Part shown: one piece after another, positions 31,207 to 41,833 of the stretch
Layout of the letters: each line of letters begins with the position of its first letter
Numbering within the stretch: position 1 is the stretch's first letter
Origin: Cyanobacteria bacterium P01_A01_bin.123
GTDB taxonomy: Bacteria > Cyanobacteriota > Cyanobacteriia > Phormidesmidales > Phormidesmidaceae
Direction of reading: 5' to 3'
Assembly (NCBI GenBank): GCA_039815185.1
Contig: JBCBZT010000011.1
Span: 128,474 to 192,473 of the forward strand
Length of the DNA stretch: 64,000 bases
Position numbers and translations under genes: made by a program
Notes under the pieces: generated by a model
Databases searched by the model: none
What the model saw: only the letters and a program-made list of their open reading frames with translations
What the model was told of the DNA's origin: nothing

Positions 31207-31528
31207 TCTGTTGTAGGCATCCAATATCAACCTTTAAAGCTAGCAAGTGGTGTAAAAAATGACCTTTCAGGTTCTTCTAGCAGCAGCCAAAATTCTTAGC
31301 ACGATCGCTTTCGTTGAGTAGAGTAAGTCGCACCGATCAATTCAAATATTCCAAAATATTGCAAACATTTCCAGTCCAGTTCCACCACCCTTATCTAATA
31401 GATAAACACCATTTTTAACAGATTTATGCAAGTGCGAATCCATATTTTAGCACTCTGCATTAAGTTACTTTACAGTTGCTATTAAGGCTGTGGTTTAGAG
31501 TTGATAGTTAAGGTAACTAAAACCCAGA

Positions 31529-31978
31529 ATGCTTACTCTTATTCATCGTCGAGTTGAAGAAGCACGACAGGGAATTAATCCAACTGTAATTTGTCGGGTT
31601 CAATCGGGTTGGATTGTGCTCGGTGACGTTCAGTTCTTGCAGGGTTACTCACTTCTGTTACCTGATCCCGTTGTGCCAGATTTAAACGCTTTGACAATGG
31701 AGGGACGTATAACCTTCCTACAAGACATGACGATTTTGGGTGATGCTTTGCTGGAGATCACTGGTGCAGTTCGTATCAACTACGAAATCCTGGGTAATCG
31801 TGAAGCAGCATTACATGCCCATGTATTTCCCCGGTTTGCGACTGAGCCAGAAGAGAAGCGACAGAAGCCAGTCTGGTTCTATGATTGGAAAAGTGGGCCT
31901 CCATTCGACTCAACACAACATCAACCGTTGATGAGTAAAATGGCAGCAGCAATCAAGCGGTATCAGAGAATTAGATAG
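31529..31978 (+). CDS. HIT-family protein
   Basis: GD.QFL.GY.LLL, RINYEILGN, LHAHVFPR. Confidence 0.85.
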   Translation: MLTLIHRRVEEARQGINPTVICRVQSGWIVLGDVQFLQGYSLLLPDPVVPDLNALTMEGRITFLQDMTILGDALLEITGAVRINYEILGNREAALHAHVFPRFATEPEEKRQKPVWFYDWKSGPPFDSTQHQPLMSKMAAAIKRYQRIR

Positions 31979-32029
31979 CGCGGAAGATACCGTTACCTAT
32001 CGGGACGTGGGCCGCAATCCGATTCCCCA

Positions 32030-32100
32030 TGTGCGTTTGGATTCATCGGTGTCACGGATATCACCTTTGTACACCTTGAAGGCGTCAGCCTTGGGCAACC
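32030..32100 (+). pseudogene. Fragment resembling an FMN-dependent azoreductase C-terminus
   Basis: Reads AFGFIGVTDITFVHLEGVSLG. Confidence 0.45.
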
Positions 32101-32125
32101 CTGCCCGTGCAAAAGTTGCTCAACT

Positions 32126-32288
32126 CGTTGGACAGTGAGTTCCAATGTTTGGGTGGAACGATGCAAGAGTTTGGTCAAGAACTTCGTAAGAACCTTGGCT
32201 CACGCTACAAATCAGCTCAACCTATGTTTCGTCAGGCTAATGCTCAAGCGGCTTGCAGACAGTGCTTAGAGAACTCAAATGGATTCTA
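32126..32288 (+). mobile_element. IS5-family transposase C-terminal remnant with probable terminal IR
   Basis: RWTVSSNVWVERCKSLVKNFVRTLAHATNQLNLCFVRLMLKRLA*, then GAACTCAAATGGATTCTA. Confidence 0.7.
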
Positions 32289-32717
32289 TAGACGTAAGGT
32301 TTCAGCCAGATCATCTAGCGCTTCCCGCGTCGGGTGTGGTAGATGCTTTTCATCAAACTTCACCTCCCCGCCTTCAATATAAGCCAGATGCTTATACGTA
32401 ATATCGAGCGGATCATGCTGAGGAATTAGATTGAGGTGAGCATGGCGAACTCCAAAACCATGCACGACCATCCCCACCTTCAGAGGCTGATAAACCGCCA
32501 TAATCTTGCGGCCAATACGCTGGCTCACAACCATCACTTGAGCTGCAAGGTCATTTGGCAAATCAGTGAAGTGATCAATATGAACTTTAGGGATAACAAT
32601 GCAGGCCCCCGGATAAATCGGCTGCAGCGGGATGAATGCCATCGTTGTCTCATCTTCGTAGACGAGACTGACAGGGCCAGTGCCTTTAACAATGTCGCAG
32701 AAGGGGCACGGATTCAT
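32286..32717 (-). CDS. HIT-family protein
   Basis: CPFCDI, VYEDE..MAF, VIPK.H, VRHAHLNLIP. Confidence 0.88.
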   Translation of the reverse strand: MNPCPFCDIVKGTGPVSLVYEDETTMAFIPLQPIYPGACIVIPKVHIDHFTDLPNDLAAQVMVVSQRIGRKIMAVYQPLKVGMVVHGFGVRHAHLNLIPQHDPLDITYKHLAYIEGGEVKFDEKHLPHPTREALDDLAETLRL

Positions 32718-32856
32718 AGCACCAATTTCCAATTTTCAATTTTGGCTTGCGCAATCCCTGCTATCTGATAACTCAGAGCGAGTTGTTGGTAACCAAACTC
32801 AACCCAATCGGTAGCCTAGGTTCCGGTTGAATAGCAAGTAACACCCCAAAGATCTA

Positions 32857-34353
32857 CTAAGGCCCAAAATAGGCTGACACAAAGCTACCATGCAACCCAT
32901 AAGGCACGTGGTGATTTAGCTTCAAACGGGCTATTTCATTGCTGATGTTTTGCCCATCTAAAATCGCCAACTCCGAACAGCGTCGCTCAGCGTTGTAGAG
33001 CAGCATCAGCACCCAACCGTCATCTTCACGGGTGCCATTAGGCCGGGGCACAAATATGGGTTCTCCCGTAAATCCCCGGGGTGCAATGCTCCAGAGTTGC
33101 TCTTCCCCAGTTTCTAAATCTCGCTTCAATACGGCTTGTAGGGGGGCATTACCTGCTGATTTGTGGGTCGCGCCAATATACAGGTAGCGATAGGCTCGCC
33201 CCATATGATTGGGATGCAGGCTGGGAAACTCACAGCAACGGCTAATCAGGTTGTGAGGCTCGACTGTGTTCACGGCTAAGTCTAGATTGAAACGATACAG
33301 TTGCCCTTCGGGTACCTTGTCAAAATCCACATTCTGATAGTCATTGCCGTCTTCTACGCTAGGAAAGCCTTCGTAGCAAACAGCATCGATGATCACCTCA
33401 CCACCTTGCTCAAAGGCATTGGCAAAGTGAAAAACAAAGCAGGGATCGGTCTCAAAAGTCTGCACCGGACTGGTGCCATCCCTGGGAATCAAGATAATCC
33501 GGGTCGGTTGCTTCGGCTCAAACTGGAGACACTCTGCTGCACCCTTAAAGCCCAAAACATAGGGCAGCGGGTTGAAGCTGACCGGATTTTGGAAAAAGAT
33601 GGCGTAATGGGGGGTCAAGGCAAAGTCGTGGAGGAAGGCAAATCCCGGAATTACGTGGCTATGTTGATGAACTAAGCTACCGCTGGGGTCAAATTCCATC
33701 AAGGTAATTGTGCTTGACAGCCCTGGCTTTACCGCAAAGCCCACAAGACAGGGTTGATTGTCAGCCTGCGAGCAGGCTGGATCAATCCTAGGATGGGCGG
33801 TGAAAGCATCACCCGAAGAAATTGCGCCCCACAGATCATCCAATCCCAACGTATCTAACGTCGTGGGATCTAGTCGATGGGGTGCTGCCGCTTCCCACAA
33901 GGCCAAAAGCCTTTCACCCCAGTAAATAATGTTGGTATTCGCAATATTTTTAAGCTTTAGATCAAAAGCATTGGCCAGCCAGCCTCCTGGTTTTTGAGTC
34001 CCAAAGACCCCGCGATAGAGAGGTTTTCTGGCTTTTTGCTCGGCCACGTAAGCCTCGGTTTTGACATAGCGATTGTGGTAGAAGGCGCGACCATTTTCGA
34101 ATGCGATCGCGTTTGCCATCCCATCTCCATCAAACGGGTGACGTACCGGATGTCCAGCGACATCCAGCAACCCAGGGCCAATCCGAAACAGTGTACCGGT
34201 CAAATCCGACGGGATCTCTCCCTCAATGTCTTCGATCCAGTAGGCAAATTCTTCCGGCTGGGAGCGATAGCCACTGCGCCAGTCGTCTCGGTCAAAGGCG
34301 GTTTGAGCAAAGGAATCTGGGCGGTTTTCGCTCGAAGCATCAAGGGTTTGCAT
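32857..34353 (-). CDS. Carotenoid oxygenase (apocarotenoid-15,15'-oxygenase-like)
   Basis: HPFDGDG, FTAHP, FLHDF, FVFHFANA, EFP, GEPIFVP, GLHGSF. Confidence 0.92.
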   Translation of the reverse strand: MQTLDASSENRPDSFAQTAFDRDDWRSGYRSQPEEFAYWIEDIEGEIPSDLTGTLFRIGPGLLDVAGHPVRHPFDGDGMANAIAFENGRAFYHNRYVKTEAYVAEQKARKPLYRGVFGTQKPGGWLANAFDLKLKNIANTNIIYWGERLLALWEAAAPHRLDPTTLDTLGLDDLWGAISSGDAFTAHPRIDPACSQADNQPCLVGFAVKPGLSSTITLMEFDPSGSLVHQHSHVIPGFAFLHDFALTPHYAIFFQNPVSFNPLPYVLGFKGAAECLQFEPKQPTRIILIPRDGTSPVQTFETDPCFVFHFANAFEQGGEVIIDAVCYEGFPSVEDGNDYQNVDFDKVPEGQLYRFNLDLAVNTVEPHNLISRCCEFPSLHPNHMGRAYRYLYIGATHKSAGNAPLQAVLKRDLETGEEQLWSIAPRGFTGEPIFVPRPNGTREDDGWVLMLLYNAERRCSELAILDGQNISNEIARLKLNHHVPYGLHGSFVSAYFGP

Positions 34354-34397
34354 GGTAACTCCAAATAATTCCAACGCGAGGGGAACTGGATGTGGGA

Positions 34398-35864
34398 CTA
34401 ACGGTTACCCTCCAATGGGGTAGCGGCAACGGGGACTTCTACCGGGGCTGCAACTGCGGTCGCCAGCGCAGCCAGTGAAACCTCAGTTCCAGCCGTTGGC
34501 TGGCGCTGAGGCGGTCGGGATGCTTCATCCGCTCCAGCTTCAAGGGCAGAAGATGCGGAAGCACTGGGTAACAAGAACAGCAACGGTAGGGGAAGCAGGG
34601 TCGTCAAGTTGGTGACCACCACCAGCAGCCAAAGATTTTCAAACTGGGTTTCAGTGATGTCAAACCAATGGGTCAAAACTGCGCCCAATTCATGGGACAC
34701 CAACCCGGCCAAATTCATCACCGACATCAACAGGGCAAACAGCGTTGCCTCAATGCCTGGCGGACAAATCCGCGCCGACAACACCAACACTGGCATAAAG
34801 GCGATTTCCCCCATCACCGTTAACACCAGGCTGTCACCCAGGCTAAACCAGTAGTCGTCAATACCTAAGGTGCGGTTGGCATGGGTCACAAGCAGAAGGG
34901 TCGTCATACCCAGGAGGGCGGAGAGCACCGTAGACCAAGCAAAAATTGTCCGAAAGGGGACAGATTTGAGAAATCGCTGAAAGATCCAAATCCCGATTAG
35001 CGCGGCAATGCTAGTGACCAGGCGCACCCGCCCAAAAAATTCTGGTTGGAAGTGGAGTTCGTTAGTGGTAAAAAAGAAAAAGGCTGAGTCTGCCGTAGGC
35101 GTTGCCTGCCAGAGAAATATGAACAGCGCAGGCATCCAAATCGCTTTCTGAGTGACGGCTGCTTTCAGCTGCTTCACCTGCCCCCAGACTACGGTCAGAT
35201 TCGATTGTTCAACTGGGGTTTCACTAATCAGCCAGGCGACCAAAGAAACCACCAGCGGAAAGGTCGCCGTGACCCCAAACACCACCTGAGTGCTGAACTG
35301 TTCTAGCAGCAGTCCACCCAAGTAGGCAGTGATAATTCCCCCGATGGCAGAAGTCCCCCACGCCAGGGACTGAATTGAACCGGCATCACTTTGAGATTCT
35401 CGTCGGGCGCGTTCAACCACTAGGGAGTCGACAATGACATCGCTGACGGCAACGGTCAGCGAGCTGAGCGTGATGGCTGCGATCGCGGCTCCTGTCGAAT
35501 GAATAACTGTTGCCAAGGCTAGCCATGACAAGGCCCCAAAAATACCCGACAAAATCAGATAAGGGCGGCGGCGATAGCGAAAAATTGGCAACCCATCGGA
35601 GATAAAGCCAAACAACGGCTTGATTGTCCAAGGCACTGCCGCAATGCCCATCAGGGCAGATACCTCGGCAGGGGTGAGGCCAAGATCATCTTTCAAGTAA
35701 AAGCTGATTGCTAAGCGAGCCAAGCCCAAAATGCCCTGAACAAAATAGACCAGCAAAATTGCGGTGAGTTCTAGGTTTAAGGTTTGGCCCAACAGTACGC
35801 GTTGCTCTAAGAAGCGCTTGGCCTTTTGCTTCAGCGTTTCGGATGTGGATGACGAAAAGGTCAT
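34398..35864 (-). CDS. Folate/biopterin transporter (BT1/FBT, MFS)
   Basis: VYFVQGILGL, PWTIKPLFG.ISD..PI..YRRRPY, CPPGIEATLFALLMS. Confidence 0.92.
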   Translation of the reverse strand: MTFSSSTSETLKQKAKRFLEQRVLLGQTLNLELTAILLVYFVQGILGLARLAISFYLKDDLGLTPAEVSALMGIAAVPWTIKPLFGFISDGLPIFRYRRRPYLILSGIFGALSWLALATVIHSTGAAIAAITLSSLTVAVSDVIVDSLVVERARRESQSDAGSIQSLAWGTSAIGGIITAYLGGLLLEQFSTQVVFGVTATFPLVVSLVAWLISETPVEQSNLTVVWGQVKQLKAAVTQKAIWMPALFIFLWQATPTADSAFFFFTTNELHFQPEFFGRVRLVTSIAALIGIWIFQRFLKSVPFRTIFAWSTVLSALLGMTTLLLVTHANRTLGIDDYWFSLGDSLVLTVMGEIAFMPVLVLSARICPPGIEATLFALLMSVMNLAGLVSHELGAVLTHWFDITETQFENLWLLVVVTNLTTLLPLPLLFLLPSASASSALEAGADEASRPPQRQPTAGTEVSLAALATAVAAPVEVPVAATPLEGNR

Positions 35865-36103
35865 AAAAGCAGGATGGCAACCGATATCTGGGCAAGCTTT
35901 GTCACCAAAACACGGTCTTATATATTAAGAAATGTCAATCTCACCCATCATAACGCTGTCGACACCCGGTTGCAGCCTAGAAGCTTTATGACGGTGCCCA
36001 TAATCCATACTTCCGATTTAGAACACCAAACTTGAGCAACGTCTCATCTTAAGCTGGGTGCTGTCACGCTAAGGTTCTAAAAAGCCTGATGCGATCAGCT
36101 GGG

Positions 36104-36544
36104 TTAACGTTCTGACTTAGTGCCAAAGAAATCGATGCGGTATTCGGTAATGTTGATGCCCGTTTCTGCTTCAACTTGACGGATCAGCTCCTCAGGAAGC
36201 TCAACTTGGATATCAATAATTTGGTTAGTATCCGTGCAGTTAACGTGGCTATGGGCGCTGCTCACATTGCCATAGAGGCGACCATCGGAGCGTTCTAGGC
36301 ATTCGATGATGCCCTGTTCAGAGAGGGCTTCCAAATTCTGGTAGACCGAAGTGTGTCCGATGTCGCGCCCTTCACGATTGAGGCGATCATAAATTTCACG
36401 GGCGGAAAGATGTTCGTGGGTTTGCCACAGCAGCTCTAGAATATAGCGACGCTGCCGACTCAACCGCATCCCTAAAGCCTGACATTGACCTAGTGCGTCC
36501 TCTAGTGAGCGCATGGGTTTACTAATTGAGACTTTGCTTTGCAT
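36104..36544 (-). CDS. Fur-family transcriptional repressor
   Basis: GMRLSRQR..ILELL, HLSAREIY, TSVYQNL, HSHVNC. Confidence 0.9.
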   Translation of the reverse strand: MQSKVSISKPMRSLEDALGQCQALGMRLSRQRRYILELLWQTHEHLSAREIYDRLNREGRDIGHTSVYQNLEALSEQGIIECLERSDGRLYGNVSSAHSHVNCTDTNQIIDIQVELPEELIRQVEAETGINITEYRIDFFGTKSER

Positions 36545-36815
36545 ACCAATGCTCCAGGTGTGTCCAAACAGCCAGCCCAACCCAGGCTTATCCCATTTTA
36601 GTATCCACTACGGTTTTCACACTGGGGTTAGGCGATCAGGCCAGACTTAACCGAAAACAGCAAGCTGGAAAAAGTAAGGCCATCTGGGTTCATGATGTCT
36701 GAGGCAGCAGTCATTGCAACCCTGCGCTCAAAACAGGAATTCGGTTAAACCGTACTCAGTACCACTTTAACGAAGTCAAAAATTGACTGTCTACATCTAA
36801 ATGTATAAGTGCCAA

Positions 36816-37604
36816 TTAGGATTGAGCTTCAACCCACTGCGGCACATATCGCCATGCCTGTTTAAGTTGATGCTTCGCTGACAAATAATGGGGCATTTTT
36901 GCAGCGACTAGGTGCCAAAATTTGGCGGAGTGGTTCAGGTGAACCGTGTGGCAGAGTTCATGGACTAGCACATAGTGGACTAGGGGTTGGGGTAGGAAGA
37001 GGAGCTTGTAGTTGAGGCTAATGTGCTTTTGACTGGAGCAACTACCCCAGCGGGTCTTTTGTCCCCGGATACCCACTCTTGTATAAGGCAGCTCAATGGC
37101 TTGGCTAATTCGGTGTAGCTGTGGAACGAGGTCAACCTCTGCTTTGCGTTTAAGCCATTGACACAGGGTTCGTTGACAGTGGGTGGCCTGGCTGATATTA
37201 CCCACGAGGGACAGGGTGCGATCGCTCATGGTGGTCATCGTGATTCGATCACAGGAGGTGTTCAAATAGACGATGTGCCAGTTTTCTGCTAACGCCAGCA
37301 GCTCAAGTGTCGTGGGATGCACGCTGTGAAAGTTTGGGTCGAGCGATCGCCCGTGCCGTTCAACCCGCTTTAGGGCAGCTTCAATCCAGCCTTGGCGGGC
37401 CGCCACAATGTCAGCTAAATGGCTGCGGTTGTAGCCCTGGGGGATGACAATTTCTACTTCTCCCAAAACCGTAATTTTGAGTGTGACGTGTTTGGCGCGT
37501 TTGCTCTCTCTCACTTTGAGCGACCACGGCTGGGATTCTAAATCTTGTGATGGGTCTTGTAACGGGCTTTCTAATGGGGAGTAGTCCTGAATGAACTCGG
37601 CCAT
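36816..37604 (-). CDS. YgjP/M48-like zinc metallohydrolase (DUF45)
   Basis: QKTRWGSCS, YVLVHELCHTVHLNHS..FW. Confidence 0.9.
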   Translation of the reverse strand: MAEFIQDYSPLESPLQDPSQDLESQPWSLKVRESKRAKHVTLKITVLGEVEIVIPQGYNRSHLADIVAARQGWIEAALKRVERHGRSLDPNFHSVHPTTLELLALAENWHIVYLNTSCDRITMTTMSDRTLSLVGNISQATHCQRTLCQWLKRKAEVDLVPQLHRISQAIELPYTRVGIRGQKTRWGSCSSQKHISLNYKLLFLPQPLVHYVLVHELCHTVHLNHSAKFWHLVAAKMPHYLSAKHQLKQAWRYVPQWVEAQS

Positions 37605-37773
37605 AACACAGAGAATTGCAAGAAATTGAGCTTATATTAGCGAGCTTTGGCGATCGCAGGAATCGTAAACAAACCTAAAAAACTAATGAATTTCTTGCAG
37701 ATTTAGAGACAACTGTAGTCTGATAACGGTGTGATTCAATGATTTCTATAAGGATAAGGAAGGAGAGAGTGCT

Positions 37774-38583
37774 GTGGATTTTAATTTGCTCTTAAATAAT
37801 GTCGTGGACATTGGCATCGCCATCGGGCTCAAAATCGTTGGCGCTATTATTTTTTGGTTTGTGGGCCGCTGGTTAATTGGCATCGCTATGGGCTTAATCA
37901 CCCGTGCTTTTCGCCAAGGCGGGGTTGAAGAAACGCTACTGGTTTACCTCAAATCCACTGTTGGCGTTTTACTCAATGTTGTCCTAATTGTTGCGATTCT
38001 GGGCTTCTTTGGGATTGAGACCACTTCCTTTGCAGCGCTGTTAGCCGCAGCCGGTATTGCCATTGGTGCAGCCTGGAGTGGACTGTTGGCCCACTTTGCT
38101 GCTGGTGTCTTTTTGGTGATCTTTCGCCCCTTCAAGGTCGGGGATTTTATCACCGCTGGCGGTGTCACCGGAACAGTTCAAGAAATTGGCTTGTTTGTCA
38201 CCAGTGTTGACACGATGGACAATGTGCGCACTATTATCGGCAACAACGTGCTGTTTTCAGATAACATCCAAAACTTTTCAACCAATCCTTACCGACGAGT
38301 TGATTTGCTAGCCCAGCTGAACCACGATATTAACCATAAGCACGCGATCGCGCTGCTGAAGGAAAAAGTCAGCCATATTCCTAACGTCATGGCAGACCCT
38401 GCTCCCGATGTTGAAATCTTAGAATTTACACCCATGGGGCCTGTATTGGCAGTCCGGCCTTACTGCCATACGGATAATTATTGGCAGGTCTATTTTGATA
38501 CGAACAAAGTGATTCGTGAAACGGGAGCCGAAGCCAACTTTGCGGTGCCTCAACAACATTTTGCCATTCAGCAAGCAGCCTAG
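37774..38583 (+). CDS. Small-conductance mechanosensitive channel (MscS family)
   Basis: TTSFAALLAAAG.AIG.AW.G, RPFKVGDFI, G.V.EIGLF. Confidence 0.92.
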   Translation: MDFNLLLNNVVDIGIAIGLKIVGAIIFWFVGRWLIGIAMGLITRAFRQGGVEETLLVYLKSTVGVLLNVVLIVAILGFFGIETTSFAALLAAAGIAIGAAWSGLLAHFAAGVFLVIFRPFKVGDFITAGGVTGTVQEIGLFVTSVDTMDNVRTIIGNNVLFSDNIQNFSTNPYRRVDLLAQLNHDINHKHAIALLKEKVSHIPNVMADPAPDVEILEFTPMGPVLAVRPYCHTDNYWQVYFDTNKVIRETGAEANFAVPQQHFAIQQAA

Positions 38584-38610
38584 GCACTCATGGCTATCTG
38601 AGCAGTATCG

Positions 38611-39471
38611 TTAGCTTGTCTGCTTGAGTGCCTCTAGCAAATCCTGATGAATTTGGGGAGACGCGGCCATCACAAGCCCCGGCCACTGATAATCTTGGCA
38701 CTGGTTTACTGGGGGTAATTCAGATCCGTCGTGAGTGGTGACTAGATAGCCCATTTCTAGGGCTAAGAAGGCGAGGGCAGCCCCATCAATGAATTTACCC
38801 CGCGCCAACACAACACCGCATATCTCCCCGCTCAGGATATTGTTAACGGCTGGAATCAGACGATTTGGGTCGTAATCTTCTTGGACACTGACAACCTGAT
38901 AGCGATCGCTTAAAGTTCCCCGTAACGCTGCCATATCCCATCCCAACAAAAGCGTTGGCTGGGGTTGGTCAATACTGAGCGGCTGGCAATCATCAAGTTC
39001 GTCACTCAACTGGCCGACAAAGGTGCCTTTACCCTGCAGCGCATAGAAGTACTGGTCTCGGGCCGGGCTAATGGCTAACACGGCCTCAAACGTTTCCCAG
39101 CCCAGTATGGTCAAAATAATCTGATAGCTGGGATGGCCATCCAGATAAAATCTCGTGCCATCAATGGGGTCTAGGGTGACAAGATATTCTCCCGGTTCAC
39201 CAAAATCAATACCTGGGAAATACTTGGTGTTGTAAGTTTTTTCAAATTCCTCACCATAGAACCGCAGCTGAGGGAATTGGCCCAACAATAGGACTTCAAC
39301 AAAGGTTTGAATCGATAGATCGGCGTCGGTCAAGGCAGTGGCAAAAAAATTGTCGGGCAAGTGCTCCTTTTCAGGTTGGGCCACAATTCGAGATTGAATT
39401 TGCCGGGCATAGGCAGCTGCGATTCGAAGTTGGGGGAGCAGTGTGGTTAATATTTCACGGGGCGTCGGCAT
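38611..39471 (-). CDS. Inositol monophosphatase family protein
   Basis: T.ADL, FYGEE, LDPIDGT. Confidence 0.88.
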   Translation of the reverse strand: MPTPREILTTLLPQLRIAAAYARQIQSRIVAQPEKEHLPDNFFATALTDADLSIQTFVEVLLLGQFPQLRFYGEEFEKTYNTKYFPGIDFGEPGEYLVTLDPIDGTRFYLDGHPSYQIILTILGWETFEAVLAISPARDQYFYALQGKGTFVGQLSDELDDCQPLSIDQPQPTLLLGWDMAALRGTLSDRYQVVSVQEDYDPNRLIPAVNNILSGEICGVVLARGKFIDGAALAFLALEMGYLVTTHDGSELPPVNQCQDYQWPGLVMAASPQIHQDLLEALKQTS

Positions 39472-39541
39472 TGCAGTTTAGATCCAGCGGGGGCGATGAC
39501 TGGACTTTAGCCTACCGGAATTGGGCAACTGCTGCAGCCAT

Positions 39542-41404
39542 TTAGCCAACATCAGCAATTGCTCCCGACTCTGCTGGTTGGATCGCAGCGGCAGTCGGAT
39601 CAACTTTCTGCGGTAATTCGATGACGAAGGATGTACCGCCGGTAGGGCTAGAGTCGAGGATTAATTGCCCGCCGTGTTTATCCACTACGATTTCATAGCT
39701 AATGGACATGCCTAACCCAGTCCCTTTGCCCACTGCTTTCGTGGTAAAAAACGGGTCAAAAATTTTCTGCCGCACCTCTTCAGGAATACCAGGGCCGTTA
39801 TCACGAATCGTAATCGAGACCCGATGCTTAGGATGAGCTTGGGTTGAAATTTCAAGCTTGGGTCGCCAATCGGGCTGCGTATCTTTCACGGCAATCCACT
39901 TTTCTTCTAGGGCATCGATTGCGTTGGCTAGGATATTCGTGAAAACCTGATTGAGCTGGCCAGCATAGCACTCCACCAGGGGTAAGTCGCTGTAATTCTT
40001 GACGAGTTCAATAGCCGGACGATCTGGCTGTTCTTTGAGGCGGTGATTGAGAATAACCAGAGTACTATCAATGTTGTTTTGCAGGTTAATTGGCTTGATA
40101 TTGGCTTCATTCAAACGGGAGAAAATCCGTAGAGATAAGACAATGCTGCGAATTCTTTCTGCACCAATTTCTAGAGATGCAAGTAGCTTAGGCAGATCTT
40201 CTTGTAAAAATTCGTACTCGATAGCTTCCTGGCACTGTTGTACGGCTGCTGGCGGCATGGGAACAGCCTGTTGGTAAACCTTGATTAGGTACAGCAGGTC
40301 ATTAACGTAGCGTTTAGCATAGTCGAGGTTGCCGTAGATAAAGCTGACTGGGTTGTTAATTTCATGGGCGATGCCCGCCACCATTTGTCCCAGAGACGAC
40401 ATTTTCTCAGCTTGGATCATCTGGGCCTGGGTTTGCTGTAAGGTCTTGAGGGTCTGTTCTAGTTCGTGGGCTTGGGCCTTGGCTCTTTGGGCAGTCCGAT
40501 TTAGAGAGTCCGTGCGCACCTGCATCCGCTGAATCAAACGATTTAAGGCGGCGGCCAACATCCCGATTTCGTCTGCGGTAGTGATGTTGACCCGCAGGCT
40601 GAAGTCAGAGTTTTTAGCCACCCGTTGGGCAACATCGGTAACTCGCTCGATCGGCCCTGCGATCGCCCGGCTGGTTCGCCAAGCAATGACACTGGCGATC
40701 GCTGCCGATAGCAACATACTGACCACAATCATGAGTTTTTCGAATCCCTGGGCAGTTTCCATCACGTGCCCTGCCTGCAGTTCTTGAGCGCGCGCGACTG
40801 CCACTAAAGCTTGTAGTTCTTGATGAAACTGATCAATGCGTTCAGCCGTGTCGCCGATGGCGATGGTGTTCAGTTTCGCTGACAGGGCATTAGATAGGGA
40901 GAACTCATCCCCTGTGGGGATAGTCTCTAGTTGGTTTTGGAGGGTCGTAATGCAAATATCTAACTCATCGGTGTAGGTTTGAACCAAAGCATTGATGTCG
41001 GCTGGATCGGTAGCAATCCAAACTGGGTCGTCAGCTAAAAATTGCTCAATTGCCTGTTTGTGGGCATGTAAATCTTTGACATAGGCTTCTAGGTCTTCAG
41101 CTTGCGCTTGCTGCAGCTGTTCAGGTTGCTTAGCCATCACCGCCAGGCGCGTTGTGTAAAGGTGCAGCTCACTGGCGGTGCGCTCAAAATTCTGTAGGAG
41201 CTGAGACTGGGCTTGGGCTTCCCAAATCTGCTCGATACTTTGGCCTTGGTAGTAGTCGGCTACTAGCATCCCTGTTAGGGAGCCAACAAACCCGATGGCG
41301 ATAGCAACGAAGTAGCCATAGCCGATTTTTTGATAGAGTTTCCGCATGCCAGAGAACCGGGCATGGGGAGTCTCATCATTACGTTTCAGTGCCATGGCAT
41401 TCAA
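39542..41404 (-). CDS. Membrane sensor histidine kinase (HAMP-HisKA-HATPase)
   Basis: Two TM, DEIG.L HAMP, AHEINNP, NAIDA, DNGPGI, FFTTK..GKGTGLG. Confidence 0.93.
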   Translation of the reverse strand: MNAMALKRNDETPHARFSGMRKLYQKIGYGYFVAIAIGFVGSLTGMLVADYYQGQSIEQIWEAQAQSQLLQNFERTASELHLYTTRLAVMAKQPEQLQQAQAEDLEAYVKDLHAHKQAIEQFLADDPVWIATDPADINALVQTYTDELDICITTLQNQLETIPTGDEFSLSNALSAKLNTIAIGDTAERIDQFHQELQALVAVARAQELQAGHVMETAQGFEKLMIVVSMLLSAAIASVIAWRTSRAIAGPIERVTDVAQRVAKNSDFSLRVNITTADEIGMLAAALNRLIQRMQVRTDSLNRTAQRAKAQAHELEQTLKTLQQTQAQMIQAEKMSSLGQMVAGIAHEINNPVSFIYGNLDYAKRYVNDLLYLIKVYQQAVPMPPAAVQQCQEAIEYEFLQEDLPKLLASLEIGAERIRSIVLSLRIFSRLNEANIKPINLQNNIDSTLVILNHRLKEQPDRPAIELVKNYSDLPLVECYAGQLNQVFTNILANAIDALEEKWIAVKDTQPDWRPKLEISTQAHPKHRVSITIRDNGPGIPEEVRQKIFDPFFTTKAVGKGTGLGMSISYEIVVDKHGGQLILDSSPTGGTSFVIELPQKVDPTAAAIQPAESGAIADVG

Positions 41405-41528
41405 AGGCTCTTGTCCACTGCAATATCTGTAGGGAGCGTCAAGAGCGTAATCAGTAATCGATGTGAGATATTTACATCTTTACATGGGCAGATCACTGAA
41501 TTCCGAGAAAAATAAAACTTGCGCTCCT

Positions 41529-41574
41529 TTTAGTCTCCAGCGGCGGGATTTAAATCCCGCCGCTGGGGACTAAA
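41529..41574. repeat. 46-bp near-perfect palindrome (REP/MITE-like)
   Basis: TTTAGTCTCCAGCGGCGGGATTT|AAATCCCGCCGCTGGGGACTAAA, one mismatch. Confidence 0.8.
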
Positions 41575-41833
41575 TCCCGCTGCTAGCTACACCGTCTAAT
41601 CAAAGTAGATCGCTGGCAACGACCTATCCACCGCATTCACGAAGACTTTAAGGTTGTTGCCCTGACGAACATCGAACCCATATAGCCTTTAAACCCGATC
41701 AGCGCTGTTTTGTTTATCTCTAGGCTTGGGCATGCTATGGGCAAGCGTTTGGGGGTGAATCTGACCTGTGTTTTAGAAGCTCATGTGGGTATCGTCTGGC
41801 TAAGCGATTTGTTTTTTTTACTAAGTTGACACT

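Noticed and set aside
32107..32382. 91-aa plus-strand ORF
   Set aside because: Alternative frame of the IS5 remnant that also overlaps the HIT gene
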